From Chlorokybus atmophyticus (taxonomy: Eukaryota > Plantae > Mesostigma and Chlorokybus algae), in NCBI GenBank assembly GCA_009103225.1, contig RHPI01003041.1, positions 329,439 through 393,438 on the forward strand: DNA of 64,000 nucleotides. The letters are read 5' to 3'. Position 1 is the stretch's first letter. Each line of letters starts with the position of its first letter. The translations under genes and the position numbers were made by a program. The notes under the pieces were generated by a model. The model saw nothing but the letters and a program-made list of their open reading frames with translations, made no database searches and was not told the DNA's origin. Positions 60,601-64,000 of this stretch are shown in pieces.

Positions 60601-63600
60601 CAGCCACTCGCCTTGCCTCACAGCCTTCACCAAAGCGCCCTCAACAAAAGCAAAAGTGAACGCATTCTGTGCAGCCTCAACTTGTCGTTCTGCTCTGCTG
60701 AGACCGATTGCAAAGGCCTGCCATTCTGACAAACTGGCAGCGAGCCGGTGCCGCTTACTTGGTCGTACAGTACCATTGCCGTTGGGCTTGGTCGGGTGGT
60801 CGGATGCAATGTTCTCTGACCTCAGCTGGTCAACACGAGCGAGCACGCCACGCAGGGCCTTCAGCAGTGGCTGCCATCGCCGTTTCTCTAGAAGTCTATG
60901 CACTCTCCGTATATACTCCTCATTGTGCTGCATTTAAAAAGAGATGGGACAAACATTCCTTGTAAATGACGTGATATGAGTACTGCTACTCGCCAACCTC
61001 ACCTGTCTAGAGAAGCTTCTGTCGAAGAGAGTAGTAAAGGTCTGAACAAGAGGCATGCAGACATGATGCATGTCCGCAGGCTTGAAGCCACCAATAAGAT
61101 CAGTGCTGTCGCTTTGCTGGCTAAGGTTCAAAACCGTCAAGGGAAAGCCCAGCGCTCTAGCAAGATTCTGTAGCATTTCACATATAAGAAAAGAGTGGAA
61201 GGCAACCGCACTGTAGGTACGCATCAAGCCAACAAAGCTTACAAGGTAGGGCGTAAGGCAGCGAGTAGCTATGCATAAGCTATATAGCCACTGCCAACTG
61301 CTCACCTGAACAACAGCGGTTTTGCCTGTGCCAGTTTCTCCAACTAGCAGAGCAGGTTCAGAATGCTTGACACAAACTGCTAGCTGCTCAAGCATCTGCA
61401 TGGCAGTTGCTGTTTGTGCAAAGGTGATGCGTTGTGCACGGTCTTGTACTGTTTTGCGACGATCTTCGGGGACGGATAAGAGTGCTCGTCCAACCTGACG
61501 ATGTATGGTTGCATCAACAACCATGCGGCACATTTCGAACCGTGCTGGACTGTATGCAACTAGTGCGACTGTTCAAAGCATACCGTGACAGTCGTCTGGG
61601 TTGCCTGATAATGAGGCTTATGCAACGATTGAAAATAATCCGCGCGCTCAAACGTGATGCCCCATTGCCGCGCAATAGCCTCCGCCAATACAGCGCGATG
61701 CTGCTTGTTTGGGATGCCCGCTACAAAGCAGTCATAGCCCTGTAAACAAGGCACTTAATGTATCATGAACACATGCGTTTACACAGTCAATGGCAGTTCC
61801 AATGCACCCAACCACAAGCGTCGCCAAGGTTGTTTGCAAAGTGCATCAGTAACTCACCTCTCTGAATATGTACTCCCTTGCATGTGTTGGCAGGTGCTTG
61901 GACGAGAGCTCCAGTCCAGAACTTGCAACACGCTGGCACCATTTGAATGCATCTCTACACAAAGGAGCACCCAGCTCATCACATGTCCTTCGCGCATTCT
62001 CTCTCAAATGCAACGTGACAAAGCATGCCATGTTGCAGTGAACTGCGATGTTCACGTGATGCGCGCCGTACCTGACGGAGAAGTGGAGGGCTGCAAGTGC
62101 TGTTGCCGTTGATAATTCCGGACTGTTTGAGTGTCCAGTCGTCATGCGCAGGGTGTTCAACGTATCTAACAGTGTCACGCAATCAGGTTGGGTGCACAAC
62201 TAACATGCCGGCAGTGATCATTCCATTTGTTTAATCATCAAGCGCTAAGAGCACATATTGCCATACCGAGCATGCCCGGTATCACCCTTGACAGGGATGG
62301 AAACGATGTCGTCAATATCGTTGACAACTCCTCATCATGTGGCATCTCAACTTGCACACGACTCCACACAGCAGTAAACAAGTCGTGCACTAGCAAGTAC
62401 ATACCGGTTAGTACCCGCGATCCAACCACGGCTCTACAACTGAGATACTTACATGGAGACATTCGGTCACTTTGTGTTATGGTGGCGAACACTTGAAAGC
62501 CATGAGCTGCCTTGATGACCTGCCAAGACCTGTAAGCAGAACTCATGCTATATACAATGCTATGGGGGGCATACCAAAACGGAAACACACCTGGCCCCTT
62601 GAGGGTATATGCAACAAGCGGTCTTCAAGCAACGACCTAAGAGAAGCCAGGACTTCAAATGGCGCAGCATCAATGTCTTCAATAAGCACCCATAAACCTC
62701 TCTGTACAGCTTGCATCAACGCTCCGGGCTGCCAAATGAACTCGCCTGGAATTTCTGTACACGCATATGCTCCCAAGAGACCCTTGCTATCAGTCTGATC
62801 ATCTACTTGCAATCGGACCATGTCTGCGAGCAAGGGCGGTGTGAGGAGCTGCACGCAATGCATTGCAAACCAACGCTGAGAGAGTGACCGATGTTGCGTC
62901 AGATAGGCTGTGTGCATCCGCAACGGCAAAGCCTCGGATGGTACGGACACAGTTTATCATCCTCGCAACTGCTCAAACAGACAGCTATGTATGCCACGAA
63001 ACAAATGCATTTACCTATATTGCCTGTCAGCAATGCCAGCTCCTGCACGAGAGCCGTTTTACCAGAACCTGGAGGCCCTTCAAGAAGCACGGGTCGTGAC
63101 TGGGACAGTGCCATGCATGCACTCTCCAAGTTTTGCCTGGTAGTGCTTGTCAACACCAAGCGCCTGCTTTGATACACGGGCCTGAAGCACACACAGCATG
63201 TCTCACATGAACTGGTGTTACCCACAAACAAAATGTGCAACCGGAGGCCAGCTCTGGACAACCCAAGAAACTGAACCTACGTTGTGGAAGAGGACTCTTG
63301 TCGTCTTGGGAGAAAAAATCCACATACATCCACATGGGAGTCATGACTGGTTATGTACATGCTATCAAGAACTTCTTGGCTCTGACCAGAGGCTGCCGCA
63401 AGTCCTCTTGCCCTGGCAATTCCAGCAGAATGTGCATCCCATCTGCCATTTCATGTGTACACTGTAAGCACCTGGTTGCCAATGCATGAGACTACGAATG
63501 CAAAGATGAGAGATCCTGACCTGACCATGCAGCACATCTGCTCCTCAGCAGAAAGCAGCTGGTCTGAAAGCGTGCGTAGCGTGGCGTCAGAAAGACGCAG

Positions 63601-64000
63601 CACGCAGGCCATGCACTGAAGCGCGTGCCAGCGCACATCTGCACTGGCATGGACAACCAGCTGCAAAATCGGTCCCCAATTCCAACGCTCGCTCCAGTGT
63701 TGGCCAGGTTGCCGAAGCAAATGCAGGCTTGTTTGCAAGATGCTTGTGAGTGTGTCGACATTCTGCTCAGGTGCACAGCGGATAAACAACATGAAGTCAA
63801 CCCACCATGCACATATTTAGTCAATACATGTATTGAATCAACACATGTATTACATGGGCTTACTTCTTCCAGTGACAGATTGGCAATTCCAGCCAAAGGT
63901 CCTGATACCAAACGCTCAAATGGCGGGGGTGCTGCGTCAAAAAATTGCAACACTTCCCTGCAAACACAGGCAACATGCACCGTTCAGTTGAGCAAGTGTT
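42602..64000 (-). CDS. MDN1: Midasin (Rea1/MDN1) AAA+ ATPase, multi-exon; 5' end lies beyond the window
   Basis: Successive AAA Walker A motifs: EGPPGSGKT (~63070), VGETGTGKT (~61330), PVLLQ (~59840), VGETGTGKT (~57810), EGDPGVGKT (~55850), VGPTSAGKT (~54225). Walker B LLLDEVNLA, VLLDELNLA, LLVDEISLA. Long linker and D/E-rich region (44.2-46.3 kb). C-terminal MIDAS/vWA with DDSRSM, ISDGR-like IVADGRFHE, and FPFPYY. Confidence 0.97.
58614..58920. repeat. Intronic ~105-bp direct repeat (two copies, 193-nt period) in midasin
   Basis: ctcagagagaagattgtggtgatcatggctg...cagctcatatgacacgcatgaa at 58614 and 58807. Confidence 0.9.

Noticed and set aside
1-64000. tRNA, rRNA or snRNA genes
   Set aside because: None recognised by eye; covariance-model searches would be needed to exclude them.

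Overview
Eukaryotic nuclear DNA with spliceosomal introns and three N-gaps. The gene set (MSH1 with GIY-YIG domain, SPIRAL1/DUF4057-like protein, BBX32-like B-box protein) suggests a green alga, probably an early-branching streptophyte; this is inference. Layout: (1) 1-~10.3 kb is a decayed, transposon-like cargo island. It holds a Plavaka/CMC-like transposase C-terminus, a spliced Tudor domain fused to a phage/bacterial-type DNA cytosine-5 methyltransferase (pseudogenised), a possible Myb/trihelix relic, a hairpin cluster, an OTU-protease relic, an unknown multi-exon relic and a 4x53-bp array. (2) 11.4-22.4 kb holds a SPIRAL1/DUF4057-like gene followed by a ~3.5-kb tandem duplication. The duplicated unit carries a 51-aa two-exon membrane microprotein gene (intact in both copies) and a putative plastid-protein gene, whose second copy is broken by a CRE-like non-LTR retrotransposon. 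(3) MSH1 (minus) and TEX10/IPI1 (plus) form a divergent pair with purine-pyrimidine-repeat introns and exons that switch from C-ending to G-ending synonymous codons along their length. (4) An intronless BBX32-like gene. (5) Midasin/MDN1 (minus) runs from 42.6 kb off the right edge. No rRNA, tRNA or CRISPR array was recognised. All family assignments come from motif recognition by eye, not from database searches.
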